Shown here piece by piece: positions 1 to 9,609 of a stretch of DNA of 24,000 nucleotides. Location: the sequence record PP504779.1; one strand, 5' to 3'. The position numbers and the translations under genes are program-made. A model generated the notes under the pieces. The model was not told where the DNA came from. It worked only from the letters and a program-made list of their open reading frames with translations, and ran no database searches. The DNA is from Brochothrix phage BtpYZU04. Each line of letters opens with the position of its first letter. Position 1 is the stretch's first letter.

Positions 1-480
1 TTAGTTTTTTGGCTTCCTCTAATGATTCTACTGACCAAGACAGCTCGAACTGAATATTGTAAGGCCCTAGAACGCTTAAAATAAACACCGAGATGCCCAT
101 ACTTATAAAGTGGTCCTCAAGCGCTCGCAAGCAAGAATGTTAAATCGAATGTCTTACTGTTTCCTCCTTTAGTTTTTTTAGCTTCCTCTAATGATTCTAC
201 TGACCAAGTTAGCCTGAACTGATTATCGTAAGGTCCTAGTAGAACGCTTAAAATAAACACCGAGATGCCCATACTTATAAAGTGGTCCTCAAGCGCTCGC
301 AAGCAAGAATGTTAAATCGAATGTCTTACTGTTTCCTCCTTTAGTTTTTTTGGCTTCCTCTAATGATTCTACTGACCAAGTTAGCCTGAACTGATTATCG
401 TAAGGTCCTAGTAGAACGCTTAAAAGAATCACCGAGATACCCATACTTATAAAGTGGTCCTCAAGCGCTAGCAAGCAAGC
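1..480 (-). repeat. Tandem direct repeats of about 168-172 bp: copies at about 1-168, 169-340 and 341-480, the last merging into the 289-690 ORF
   Basis: Near-identical blocks 'ttagttttttggcttcctctaatgattctactgacca...cgcttaaaataaacaccgagatgcccatacttataaagtggtcctcaagcgct' recur at 1, 169 and 341. The array is cut by the window edge. Confidence 0.95.
117..302 (-). pseudogene. Truncated/decayed copy of the 3' part of the 289-690 gene
   Basis: The 61-aa ORF is almost identical to the C-terminus of the 133-aa ORF. The unit has an RBS-like AAAGGAGGAAACAG followed by AAGACATTCGATTTA, where the intact gene has ATGACATTCGATTTA. Confidence 0.6.
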
Positions 481-690
481 ATGGTCATCTAAGTTGAGGT
501 CTACCATTGCCTCAATTGCCTGATTTGATGGAATAGATGCGTGGAAGACGTCTACTCCGTTGGAGGTAATAGCGTCGTTCATGCTAGCCTGTCTTAATAG
601 TTCATTAGCAATCCTCTGCAAGTGTACCTCGAACTCCTTTGCCTGCGACTCTACTCTCCCCTTAGTGTATGTTAATAAATCGAATGTCAT
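289..690 (-). CDS. Hypothetical phage protein whose C-terminus is formed by the tandem repeat
   Basis: ORF of 133 aa with upstream GGAGGAAACATT RBS; start overlaps the stop of the next gene. Confidence 0.7.
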   Translation of the reverse strand: MTFDLLTYTKGRVESQAKEFEVHLQRIANELLRQASMNDAITSNGVDVFHASIPSNQAIEAMVDLNLDDHACLLALEDHFISMGISVILLSVLLGPYDNQFRLTWSVESLEEAKKTKGGNSKTFDLTFLLASA

Positions 691-1355
691 AATGTTTCCT
701 CCTTTTCCATAATTGTTTTAACCATATTAGTTGCTAATTCTAAGTTTAAATCGATAAGTGGACGTGTCTCTTGGACTCTTTCACACTTAGCAAAGAACTC
801 TTCTTCGTCCCCTTGCCAACAACCCGCAAACACCTTGTGTAATGTTGGGAAGTAGGTGACGTTACCGTCAAATGTCCCTACTGGACCAACTGAGTAAACA
901 TCTAGCCCTGTAATCTTATCGAAGGATGTTCGGCTCATCTCCTTTGCGGATAAAGTACAATTGAGTATGTCGGTGTATTTGAATGTACAAACGGACACAT
1001 TGCGGAGCTGTAGTACCGTGTTAGTGAAGCAAGCAAACATAAAAACACATCTATGAAACTCCACCGAGGCGAACGAGGACTCATCTACGCATAGGTAAGT
1101 AAAGTCAACATCATCAAACGTAACGCTCGTGAGGGTAGTCTCCCACATACTAACACTTCTTAACACACACCCGAGGAACGCAGTGTCGCTTATCGTGACC
1201 TCGTCTAAGTTAGCCTTTGTAAAGTCACAACGTCTAAATGTAACGCCCTTGATGGTTACCCCTCTCAAGTCTTCGTGGTGAAAGGACACATCTACAAACT
1301 CTGCTATGCCTTTTGCTAACTCACTGACTAATTCGTCTCTTGTCATTATCTTCAT
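687..1355 (-). CDS. Pentapeptide-repeat-like protein
   Basis: A(N/D)LxxV-type periodicity: DLRGVTIKGVTFRRCDFTKANLDEVTISDTAFLGCVLRSVSMWETTLTSVTFDDVDF. ORF of 222 aa. Confidence 0.65.
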   Translation of the reverse strand: MKIMTRDELVSELAKGIAEFVDVSFHHEDLRGVTIKGVTFRRCDFTKANLDEVTISDTAFLGCVLRSVSMWETTLTSVTFDDVDFTYLCVDESSFASVEFHRCVFMFACFTNTVLQLRNVSVCTFKYTDILNCTLSAKEMSRTSFDKITGLDVYSVGPVGTFDGNVTYFPTLHKVFAGCWQGDEEEFFAKCERVQETRPLIDLNLELATNMVKTIMEKEETL

Positions 1356-1388
1356 TTTAAATCCCCCTTTTCTCTATTTGATAACCTA

Positions 1389-1417
1389 AGTATAGCATAG
1401 GTAAATATGAAAGTCAA
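1389..1417 (-). promoter_or_regulatory. Sigma-A-like promoter
   Basis: Minus strand TTGACT-N17-TATACT (-35 at 1412-1417, -10 at 1389-1394), upstream of the 687-1355 gene. Confidence 0.8.
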
Positions 1418-1419
1418 CA

Positions 1420-1450
1420 ACAAAAAAAAGAACCTAATTAAAGGTTCTCT
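1420..1450 (-). terminator. Rho-independent terminator
   Basis: Minus strand GAGAACCTTTAATTAGGTTC followed by T8. Confidence 0.8.
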
Positions 1451-1499
1451 TATTAACCTTAACGGAGGTCCTCTAGCTCTGCCTCTCTTATTATAGCTA

Positions 1500-2120
1500 T
1501 TAGATGTGCCACCATGGTTTCTTGCGTGGCGCTACCTGTGGCTTTGTGGCGTGTTTGGTTACCTTACTAGCTTCGTGCGCCTCTTTGTTAGCTTTCGCTT
1601 TAATATTAGCTACCCAAACCTGTGATACTATGTGCTCTAAAAGTAACTCGCCCTCGTAAGACCGTATTGCCGTAGCGTATATTTCCCTTAGGTTATCTTT
1701 ACTAAGTTTCCATCCGATGGGCTCTTCGTCTAGGTACATTCCGTACGCTCTACGTAGTATTTGAAAGCTCTCATAGAGCCTAGCGACATTGCTATCCATG
1801 TTGTAACTCTTGTTGTCTGAGTGTATCCAAAAGAAAGGTAGATGTAAGTCGCAGTCGCCCCTCATACCACCTATAGCGTCTGTAAGTTGGGTGAAGCGAG
1901 TAACACTCTTGTTTTTGATGTAGAGGTCGAGTTGTTTGTCCGTGATTAATCCTCGGTGTACACCGTTCCTAGCGTATATGGTTCCTGTTGTGTTGAGGTA
2001 GTGAAAAGTAAAACCATCCTCTTTTAATCGTGCCTCTAGCTCTGGGACAGTCCCCGACTGTATGAAGTTGTATTTAGGTGATTCTGCTGGGTTGGCTTCT
2101 ACAAGATGATAAATTGTCAT
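1500..2120 (-). CDS. Hypothetical protein
   Basis: ORF of 206 aa; one-base overlap with the neighbouring ORF. Confidence 0.7.
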   Translation of the reverse strand: MTIYHLVEANPAESPKYNFIQSGTVPELEARLKEDGFTFHYLNTTGTIYARNGVHRGLITDKQLDLYIKNKSVTRFTQLTDAIGGMRGDCDLHLPFFWIHSDNKSYNMDSNVARLYESFQILRRAYGMYLDEEPIGWKLSKDNLREIYATAIRSYEGELLLEHIVSQVWVANIKAKANKEAHEASKVTKHATKPQVAPRKKPWWHI

Positions 2121-2605
2121 TAGTCTACCTCCTCTGGTAATTTAATGTTGAGTACTACTGCTTGCTGGTAGTATATCCCGGGGTATTTCAGCTTACTATC
2201 CCTATCCTCTCTACGTGTGTCTCCGAAAGTTGCCTCAATGTCGTACTCTAAAAAAGCAAGTTTGAGCTGTGATAAGTTTGCTCGTTGTAACCATCCTGCT
2301 CCGAGGTAGGTACTGAGTGTACGCTCAGGTAAAGGAACGACAAGGTACTCTCCGTTGATGTGTGCCAACTTGTTAGGACCGAAGTCCTCTTCTGCGAGCA
2401 ACCTTGCGACACCTGCGCTGTATTCGCTGACTTTCACTTCATGATGTTGATGGTAGCTCTCTATCTGTCGTGCTACCAATGGGCTCATTTTCTTTTTGGT
2501 AGGTGGCGATTTTAGCTCTATATGCTCCATCGGCATGGGGAAGCTACTTACTGAGAATGGGTAGTTGGTGTAATTACTTACCGAGAATGAACAAGGAGTA
2601 GCCAT
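2120..2605 (-). CDS. Hypothetical protein
   Basis: ORF of 161 aa in a tightly packed operon. Confidence 0.65.
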   Translation of the reverse strand: MATPCSFSVSNYTNYPFSVSSFPMPMEHIELKSPPTKKKMSPLVARQIESYHQHHEVKVSEYSAGVARLLAEEDFGPNKLAHINGEYLVVPLPERTLSTYLGAGWLQRANLSQLKLAFLEYDIEATFGDTRREDRDSKLKYPGIYYQQAVVLNIKLPEEVD

Positions 2606-3054
2606 TATTCTACCCCCTCATCTAAGTGTAGTCCTTCTGGAATACCGTGTTCTTTAGCGATTGCTTCGTATTCCTCACGTGTGAATTGGGTTTGGCAGGC
2701 GATGCCTCGGAACTTGGTACTGTAGAAAAGACAGTTACTCTCCTTGTGATAATTCAGGTAATTACCTCCCCGAACACTATGAGGCAAGCGATAATAATAT
2801 TTCTTCGTTTCTTCACGTTCTTCTAGCGGTGTTGAAGTTAGCTCGTAAGCTAGCTTATATATTTTCGCCTGTGTTTCTTCACCCAAAGCTCTCCACGCAT
2901 CGTATACCGTGTATATGGAGTGCATGAAGTTGCCACTCACACCTATCATGTGGTATCCTGAACTATTTTGCACAGTCACCATGTTACCACGCATAGTAAC
3001 TTCCGCTACCTCTGGTATCGCTTTTACCTTCTTTTCAAATTCTGTGTATTTCAT
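2605..3054 (-). CDS. Hypothetical protein
   Basis: ORF of 149 aa; stop/start overlaps on both sides. Confidence 0.7.
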   Translation of the reverse strand: MKYTEFEKKVKAIPEVAEVTMRGNMVTVQNSSGYHMIGVSGNFMHSIYTVYDAWRALGEETQAKIYKLAYELTSTPLEEREETKKYYYRLPHSVRGGNYLNYHKESNCLFYSTKFRGIACQTQFTREEYEAIAKEHGIPEGLHLDEGVE

Positions 3055-3530
3055 TTCGTTTCCTCCAATAACTCAGGATTCTCGTAAATATTACCTATAA
3101 TTTTACACCTTGTAAGTGACGTGAGTGGGGCACTAATATCGTGATGCGCCCCGCTAATTGTCCGTACGGTATCGTAATAGTACTCTCCTGTAACGTAGTT
3201 AACAACCCCTATCTGTGAGTACCCCTCTATAAAGTCGTACCCCGAAATAGAACCGTCATAGCTCCTAATAGGGATAGCCTCCTCAGGTACAGTTACCTCT
3301 AAAAGGTAACCATTATATATGCTGTCATCGTTTTCATCCGCCTTACCTGTGTACTGTAGGAGCTCCCAATCTATCCCTAACCGCTCACTAGCGTATGGAG
3401 GTTCAATATCCTCCCCGTTCTTATCCTGTGCGTGCATATAGCTGATATCCTCGTCTATAAACTCTAAGTATTTAATACAGACAAACTCTCCGAGCTCATA
3501 GCACCACGCTTTTAATTTTAAATCCAACAT
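3051..3530 (-). CDS. Hypothetical protein
   Basis: ORF of 159 aa, acidic, overlapping the next gene. Confidence 0.7.
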   Translation of the reverse strand: MLDLKLKAWCYELGEFVCIKYLEFIDEDISYMHAQDKNGEDIEPPYASERLGIDWELLQYTGKADENDDSIYNGYLLEVTVPEEAIPIRSYDGSISGYDFIEGYSQIGVVNYVTGEYYYDTVRTISGAHHDISAPLTSLTRCKIIGNIYENPELLEETK

Positions 3531-3691
3531 CTACACTTCTCCTCCCTGTTTACATGCTCTCTATAAGTATAACGCTTCTACAATAACATCCCACGTGTCA
3601 GTCGTACTATGTAGGTAAGTGAATGTCCCTCCACCGGTACCTACGAAGGGAGCAACGCTAAACCCAACTCCCCTAGTATCCTCCTAAACTT

Positions 3692-3721
3692 AGTGTAACA
3701 TATTCAATTAGAGGTCGTCAA
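3692..3721 (-). promoter_or_regulatory. Sigma-A-like promoter
   Basis: Minus strand TTGACG-N18-TACACT. Confidence 0.6.
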
Positions 3722-3750
3722 CAATTAATTAAAAAAAAGAACCCGGGGCC

Positions 3751-3957
3751 CTAATTAACGTGATTTATTACTAGATAATAATTACCTTTAGGATTTACCT
3801 TTCTACATATGTCAAGGTAATCTTTCGCATCGTCAAAATTGTGATGTGTCTTAATTACCCGCTCTCGTACAACATCCAGAGTGTCCAAGTAAACCTCCGT
3901 GATAATGTAGGTTGTTCCTTTCTCCTTACGTCTAAATATGTTACGCATTATTGTCAT
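3751..3957 (-). CDS. Small hypothetical protein
   Basis: ORF of 68 aa with a GGAGATGAC RBS-like sequence. Confidence 0.6.
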   Translation of the reverse strand: MTIMRNIFRRKEKGTTYIITEVYLDTLDVVRERVIKTHHNFDDAKDYLDICRKVNPKGNYYLVINHVN

Positions 3958-4654
3958 CTCCTTTTAGGTTCTTTAACATACGCTCGAGGTTGTCTTTAGT
4001 AGTACTAGCTACACTTATCTTCCTGTCCTCGTGATACGCCTCCTCTAGGCGCTCTAACGCACTCTTCTCTAGTTTATCTTCTAACTCCTCTTGGAGTGTT
4101 TTTTCGAGTTCTCCGAAGGCGTACACTGCCTCTTGTATCTCTTTACGTATCTCTCTCAATACTTCCGTGTACTTATGTTCTGGTAATGTGTCTTTATCGT
4201 TTACTAGGGTTCGCAACGTAGACGTGTAAGGCATAACCAATGCGTGTATGAGCGCCTCTTCCTTTTTAAGGAACGTCGGGTCAACACAGTACTTCCTTGA
4301 GTGAGGGTCACCCACCCACAGCAAATTATCCCGATTATACTTATAAGAGTCAGAGCCTTGCGTTACTGAAATTTCCCCATCCACCCAACCACGGGTTACT
4401 TTACCTGTATCACCCTGCTTGAAGGGATATGCCCCCTTCACGTCACATCCTAATATAACTACAGTCTCTTCTTGCGGGATACGCATGCTGGCATAGATGT
4501 TACAGCTACGCTTAACGTTTAATAACTTAATTAACTCCTCATTCGCTGTCCGCACTGCTACCTGAGGGCGAACCTTCTCATTAATGTGTGCCAGCAAAGA
4601 GGTAATACCTATATAGGATAAAACAGTTAGCACTCCTTGTATAATAAACCTCAT
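3941..4654 (-). CDS. Hypothetical protein with N-terminal signal/TM segment
   Basis: ORF 3941..4750. The internal start MRFIIQG (4654) is preceded by CTGGAGGGGG and fits the upstream gene end at 4656. Confidence 0.6.
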   Translation of the reverse strand: MRFIIQGVLTVLSYIGITSLLAHINEKVRPQVAVRTANEELIKLLNVKRSCNIYASMRIPQEETVVILGCDVKGAYPFKQGDTGKVTRGWVDGEISVTQGSDSYKYNRDNLLWVGDPHSRKYCVDPTFLKKEEALIHALVMPYTSTLRTLVNDKDTLPEHKYTEVLREIRKEIQEAVYAFGELEKTLQEELEDKLEKSALERLEEAYHEDRKISVASTTKDNLERMLKNLKGDDNNA

Positions 4655-4655
4655 C

Positions 4656-4841
4656 TTAAAAACCCCCTCCAGTCTGTCGGTGAAGCACTGATAGGATGTA
4701 TAGACTATACACAGATAGAACCAAGTCATATCTCCACCAAATGTTAACATTATAAGGTTCTCTTCTCCAATCGAGGTAGGCTATCGCCGTCTCTAACAAC
4801 ACGACTAGTAAGGCTAGCCCCGTCAATATAATAAATGTCAT
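4656..4841 (-). CDS. Small membrane protein
   Basis: ORF of 61 aa with hydrophobic N-terminus MTFIILTGLALLVVLLETAIAYL. Confidence 0.55.
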   Translation of the reverse strand: MTFIILTGLALLVVLLETAIAYLDWRREPYNVNIWWRYDLVLSVYSLYILSVLHRQTGGGF

Positions 4842-4843
4842 TC

Positions 4844-5557
4844 TTACCTTCCTCCAATCTGTATGTTTAGTGGTTCTGGTGCTTTGTATGTTGGTAGTAC
4901 GGTTTTAGATGGCGGTAGCTCCTGTCCTTTAGCCACCCATTTATCAACAATAGTTATTCCGACATTGCTACTTCTTACCTCCGTGTGAACACCTTTTTTA
5001 TAGCAAGAGTTGCATAACCAACCCTTTACTGTGGTGGTTTTTGTCGTCTTATAGCACTTGTCACACTCACCTACATAGTAACATGATAGTCGTGCCCCTA
5101 CATACGCTCGTCTCTTAGTCTCAGGTGTTCCTCCGCTTGGTAAGGTGCCTGTAGCGACTAACGCCGACTCAAAAGGCAAATCTCCGTCTCTGTGGTCTTC
5201 CCCTAGTAAACATAGAGCGTAGTGTGTCGCCTCGTGACGTAAAACCCCCTCTAGAAAGTCAACCACCTTGCGTTCGTGCTCTTCGTCTACGTATTCATAC
5301 GCCTTACACAAACGACCTGCTATTTTTATCTCTATCGGTGTTACCTCTCCTGTATCCCAACTCTGAGAGTATCTGAAATATCCGTGCGTGCGTGTTAGCC
5401 TGTTGGTTACAGTCACCTTGATACTTTTCGTTATCCCAAAAGCACTTAAAAGAAACTCATCCACATAACGCTGTGCTTCCTTTTGCCACGCTTCTCTTTC
5501 TTTACGACCTACCTTAAGGTCTGCGTTGTTTTCTATTACGTATGAATGTGTACTCAT
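4844..5557 (-). CDS. SprT-like zinc metalloprotease-type protein
   Basis: HExxH motif (RHEATHYALC) plus Cys pairs CDKC...CNSC. Start taken at MSTHSY after AAGGAGGAA; the ORF extends to 5602. Confidence 0.7.
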   Translation of the reverse strand: MSTHSYVIENNADLKVGRKEREAWQKEAQRYVDEFLLSAFGITKSIKVTVTNRLTRTHGYFRYSQSWDTGEVTPIEIKIAGRLCKAYEYVDEEHERKVVDFLEGVLRHEATHYALCLLGEDHRDGDLPFESALVATGTLPSGGTPETKRRAYVGARLSCYYVGECDKCYKTTKTTTVKGWLCNSCYKKGVHTEVRSSNVGITIVDKWVAKGQELPPSKTVLPTYKAPEPLNIQIGGR

Positions 5558-5592
5558 TTTCATTTCCTCCTTGTTATTAACTTTATAAACCC

Positions 5593-5621
5593 AGTATACC
5601 ACATAGAAAAAGAGATGTAAA
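5593..5621 (-). promoter_or_regulatory. Sigma-A-like promoter
   Basis: Minus strand TTTACA-N17-TATACT. Confidence 0.65.
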
Positions 5622-5733
5622 GGATTAGTTTACATCTCTTTCATCCTAACGGAAACCATCAAGCGCCATCATTAGCGCCAGTAACCCTATTGGTCCAAAC
5701 ACAAAAGATAATAAGAAGAGTATAACTGCTACG

Positions 5734-6078
5734 TCACCACTCAATACCCTCTCCTCTCTTACACACTTTTTTTAGTGTGAAACCATATCTCGTGTGGTAC
5801 CATGTTTCATATCCTTTAGGATTGTTAAAATAAACAAACGCCATAGATAGGTCTAGCTCACCAAAGTCGTCCCCGTCTACTTTTAGAAAGTTTAGGAAAG
5901 TACGCTTAGGCACCTCTAAAACGTCACAGAACATAGATACAGTACCTCGATTGAGTGCGCTATCCTCTACCGTTATATTCACAACACTTTCGCTATCACA
6001 GTCACTATCCAACACCTCTATAGTGTTAAGTATCTCTAGCGCATTCTTAAGCTTTTTCTTCTGCTGTCTTTGGTTCAT
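5734..6078 (-). CDS. Hypothetical protein
   Basis: ORF of 114 aa. Confidence 0.65.
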   Translation of the reverse strand: MNQRQQKKKLKNALEILNTIEVLDSDCDSESVVNITVEDSALNRGTVSMFCDVLEVPKRTFLNFLKVDGDDFGELDLSMAFVYFNNPKGYETWYHTRYGFTLKKVCKRGEGIEW

Positions 6079-6139
6079 GACGATACCCCTCCTTTAACTT
6101 TATAAACTAAGCTTAACATACTAAAATATAATTGTCAAC

Positions 6140-6172
6140 AAAAAAAACAAGTGAGCGTTAGCCCACCTGCTG
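6140..6172 (-). terminator. Rho-independent terminator
   Basis: Minus strand GTGGGCTAACGCTCACTTG followed by a T run. Confidence 0.7.
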
Positions 6173-6180
6173 TCAACACT

Positions 6181-7257
6181 TTATAGTTTGTAGTGCAGTG
6201 CTTGTGCTCCCTGCTTCGCAAGAGTGACACTCTTAACTGTTGGTCGTTCCTTGCCTTTGTTCTCTTCGTCGTCACGGTCGTCGTCATACTCCAACTTAGT
6301 ATTCTCAACCAGTACGGTAAGCCCACCTTTGCTGTCTGTTACAACTTTACCCGTATTGAAAGTTACACAGTCATTCATGTACTCTTTAGGGTCGTGTACG
6401 TAGAAAGATACATCGGACGGTACTGCCATGTCTGTACGAACCGTGTCTGTGTCTACATTACCATCTGACATCGTGATAGTTGCTTCCCATGTATCAGTCT
6501 GCAATGACAGGATATTTAAATCTGTTAGGGCATCTTTGAGTGATGTTCCCATATTAAGCTCAAAAGCAATTGCTCGTAGGTTATCGTAGTTAATATTTGT
6601 AAGCTTAGCGAACTTAGATACAGCGGTAATCTCTGACTTGTACTTGCTGTCTACCTTGTCTGACAAATACTCGATAACGTCTTCTCCGGACGGGTAACCG
6701 AATCGCAAGTGATAGTGTAATCGCCCTGTTCTGTTAAGTAAATACGAGCTAACTCGATTAAGGTCATTAACCGTAAGAACGTACAATCTTTTAGTTTGAG
6801 AAACACCGTCAAATAAACTTAATAATTTGTTTTGGGCATCTGTTTCTCGGAATACCTTTTCAAACTCGTCAAATAGAACCATAACTTCTTGTTCAATGGA
6901 ATCAACAAAGTCCGAAATACCCGGGTATGCCTCATCTACAATGATAACAGGTAGCCCTTTCTCAATCGCCGATGTTGCAAGTGCTCGGGCGAATAAGGAT
7001 TTACCGATACCCTTATCCCCACTCATGATTACTCCTAAGCTACGTGGCATCTTCTCCAACGCACTCATTACCTTCAAAATTTTACCCTCATGCGACCCAT
7101 ACATTTTTTCTGTGGAGACAAAGTCTCGTGCCTGCTCTAAAAAGAAGCCAGAACCGCTATCAAAGCGTACTTTATACGTTCGTGCATCTAACGTGTCCTT
7201 TACTGTTAAATCGTCTCCAAATACTCGTACAATACTTCCTTGGACTACTAATTTCAT
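6181..7257 (-). CDS. AAA+ ATPase
   Basis: Walker A GDKGIGKS, Walker B VMVLFDEFEK and downstream NRTGR; 358 aa. Confidence 0.85.
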   Translation of the reverse strand: MKLVVQGSIVRVFGDDLTVKDTLDARTYKVRFDSGSGFFLEQARDFVSTEKMYGSHEGKILKVMSALEKMPRSLGVIMSGDKGIGKSLFARALATSAIEKGLPVIIVDEAYPGISDFVDSIEQEVMVLFDEFEKVFRETDAQNKLLSLFDGVSQTKRLYVLTVNDLNRVSSYLLNRTGRLHYHLRFGYPSGEDVIEYLSDKVDSKYKSEITAVSKFAKLTNINYDNLRAIAFELNMGTSLKDALTDLNILSLQTDTWEATITMSDGNVDTDTVRTDMAVPSDVSFYVHDPKEYMNDCVTFNTGKVVTDSKGGLTVLVENTKLEYDDDRDDEENKGKERPTVKSVTLAKQGAQALHYKL

Positions 7258-7337
7258 ATGTTGTTTCCCCTTTTAAGTTAGTTGTAGGTCGGCATCGTAA
7301 CCGCCAAACCCCATTAGTACCTTTGGTTACTAAGGTC

Positions 7338-8201
7338 CTATCGTGTCATTAGAATGCTGACTACGCTTGTTACGTCATGCACTTGTTCCGCTTTTTTCTC
7401 AACGTCATCGTCGCACACACATTCCATTCCCGCCTCTGCGCAGACGTCACATCGGTACTGCCCGTTTTTGTAACCACAGTCGCACTCTCCATCCATATCG
7501 CTACAGCTAGAGCAGTAGTACGTTGCCTCTGCTACCCACTCATACGGGACTGAAATGATTTCCTCATTACTTATGTTGTAGAATAAGTTACGGCTGTCAA
7601 CGCTGTGCAAGAAAACTAACTCATCTCCTATATCAGCTACCCCGTCTGTTAAAACCACAACATAGTGTGTGCCTGCTTTTAACGTACCATCGTCACTTAC
7701 TCTCGGAAGCGCATTAGCGTCACTATGGTTTACTAACACTACAGTCCCATCCTTAATGTCTTCATAGTACCCGTAGCTTTCTCCTCCGTGACCTCTGAAT
7801 GTAACGTAGGCGTCTTCTATTCTGGTACCATGACGTTCTGTACTTTCCACATAATAAACTGTGCCATCTTTAGGAACACGACCATCACGTGCCACAACAA
7901 AAGGCACACTTTTTTCTTCCTCTTTGGGAATCTCAGCCTTGTCTGGACGAACCACAGTCCATGAGTCGCCTTTAGCGACGTCTGTGATGCCGTTAAGCAA
8001 CTTTCCAGAGGTAACTAGGTTAACCACACCTTTAACATTAATAATGCCGTCTACCTTAGCCACAGTGTCCTCAAAAGGGCGACCCTCAAGAAGGTTAGCA
8101 TCTGCGCCTCCTGTAGCGCTGATATGGTTAGCGATGATATAATCCCCTACCTGTACATCTTCGTTACGTACTGTTTTTGCGTTTTCTATTTCTCTTAACA
8201 T
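7338..8201 (-). CDS. Hypothetical protein with Cys-rich C-terminal region
   Basis: ORF of 287 aa; CSSCSDMDGECDCGYKNGQYRCDVCAEAGMECVCDD. Confidence 0.7.
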   Translation of the reverse strand: MLREIENAKTVRNEDVQVGDYIIANHISATGGADANLLEGRPFEDTVAKVDGIINVKGVVNLVTSGKLLNGITDVAKGDSWTVVRPDKAEIPKEEEKSVPFVVARDGRVPKDGTVYYVESTERHGTRIEDAYVTFRGHGGESYGYYEDIKDGTVVLVNHSDANALPRVSDDGTLKAGTHYVVVLTDGVADIGDELVFLHSVDSRNLFYNISNEEIISVPYEWVAEATYYCSSCSDMDGECDCGYKNGQYRCDVCAEAGMECVCDDDVEKKAEQVHDVTSVVSILMTR

Positions 8202-8224
8202 ATTACCATCCCTTTCTATTTGTT

Positions 8225-8419
8225 TTACTTCTTAACATTACCATTACGTTTAGCAGTTGTCAACCTTTTATTTTTAGAGGCGTTAAACACCCTAACAAAC
8301 ATTACCGCTAAGTACCCTAAAAACAAAGTAAAAAATAAAACTACGGCGGACAGATAAATCAAAATAATGTAATACAGCCATACTACCAAAGCGCTCATTT
8401 TCGTTTCCTTCCCTTCCAT
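8225..8419 (-). CDS. Small membrane protein
   Basis: ORF of 64 aa with a long hydrophobic segment. Confidence 0.5.
   Translation of the reverse strand: MEGKETKMSALVVWLYYIILIYLSAVVLFFTLFLGYLAVMFVRVFNASKNKRLTTAKRNGNVKK
8235..8263 (-). promoter_or_regulatory. Sigma-A-like promoter
   Basis: Minus strand TTGACA-N17-TAATGT, upstream of 7338-8201. Confidence 0.7.
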
Positions 8420-8470
8420 AGATGGAGAATCGCCAGTCCCAACGCTATGTTTAAAATAAGTACTAAGTTG

Positions 8471-8743
8471 TCACTCATCCTCCGCACCTCCTAGCATTAA
8501 TCTTAAGTAGTCGTCGTCTGTCAGCATGTCTACATCTTCTATGTCTTCTGTGTTTATTACTGCCCAGTTATTGACGAACTCATCGAATAACGTATACCTA
8601 CCTTTAGTAGGCATAACAACTTCTCGCACGATAGCCAGAAATCTCGAATCCGCATCCTCACCGCCATCATAGACACTCACAAGAAATTTCTCTCCGTTTT
8701 TGTGGTGGATAACCATCCCGATGACGTACACCTCTTCCTCCAT
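8471..8743 (-). CDS. Hypothetical acidic protein
   Basis: ORF of 90 aa downstream of a consensus promoter. Confidence 0.65.
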   Translation of the reverse strand: MEEEVYVIGMVIHHKNGEKFLVSVYDGGEDADSRFLAIVREVVMPTKGRYTLFDEFVNNWAVINTEDIEDVDMLTDDDYLRLMLGGAEDE

Positions 8744-8770
8744 GTCCTAACACCCCTCTCTTATACACAA

Positions 8771-8799
8771 ACTATACCACGCTACCCACAAAATGTCAA
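8771..8799 (-). promoter_or_regulatory. Sigma-A-like promoter
   Basis: Minus strand TTGACA-N17-TATAGT. Confidence 0.8.
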
Positions 8800-8852
8800 C
8801 AATAAAAAAAGAGAACCGATGGTCCCCTTATTTAAGAAGTACTGCATTTCCC

Positions 8853-9146
8853 TTAGTCTCTAGTAAAAAACTTAGGGTCCCAACCATCGTAATCTGCTAG
8901 CTTTGTTGCTAAAATGTATGACGGTGGCGTCTCATCCGTAATTGTATAATGCGCAAAGTGCAACCCATAATCAATGACCGTCACTTTACCTTTTACATGC
9001 CATCTTACATACGGTGGCGTGTATTCGTTTTTATCCCACCAGTCTCTAATTGACTGAAAGGCTTCCTCTTTTGTAATGAATGTCCCGTGTTCCGTGGTGG
9101 TTCTAGGGCTACCATTACCCCACGTCTCCCATTTTACTGTGTACAT
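8853..9146 (-). CDS. Hypothetical protein
   Basis: ORF of 97 aa. Confidence 0.6.
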   Translation of the reverse strand: MYTVKWETWGNGSPRTTTEHGTFITKEEAFQSIRDWWDKNEYTPPYVRWHVKGKVTVIDYGLHFAHYTITDETPPSYILATKLADYDGWDPKFFTRD

Positions 9147-9276
9147 TTAATCCCCTCCATCAAATTCCCTCTCAATAACCACGTCGTCTGCATGACGTTC
9201 TACTGCCCTATCTCGTTCTTCCTTTTTGGCTTGTTGCTCTTGCTCTCTTTCTTTTATCTCAAATAATTCCAAGTTG

Positions 9277-9585
9277 TCAATCAATGAGGCGAGCCTCCAA
9301 ACCTGTTACCATGTCTGTAACTTCTTTTGATGTTTCCTCTATAACGTTGATAAGCTCTCTTACAGTTTCAACTGTTTCCACTCGGGCGTCAATCAAGTTA
9401 GCACGTAAACCCGATGCGAGCAACTCAGTATTTCCATAGTACCCTACAATCTTCTCGGAAATGCTCCCTTTTTTAGTAATAGCCAGCTCGCCTGTTTTCT
9501 CGTCTCGCAACTCTACAAATAGAACATAATTGTGTGGTACTTTTCTGACGTAATAATCACTACCTAATGGCACTTTCATGGTCAT
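9277..9585 (-). CDS. Hypothetical protein
   Basis: ORF of 102 aa. Confidence 0.6.
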   Translation of the reverse strand: MTMKVPLGSDYYVRKVPHNYVLFVELRDEKTGELAITKKGSISEKIVGYYGNTELLASGLRANLIDARVETVETVRELINVIEETSKEVTDMVTGLEARLID

Positions 9586-9609
9586 CCTCCTTATATTATA
9601 AGTATACGG

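Noticed and set aside
6193-8142. Plus-strand ORFs antisense to the AAA+ and Cys-rich genes
   Set aside because: Low-quality antisense readings of convincing minus-strand genes.
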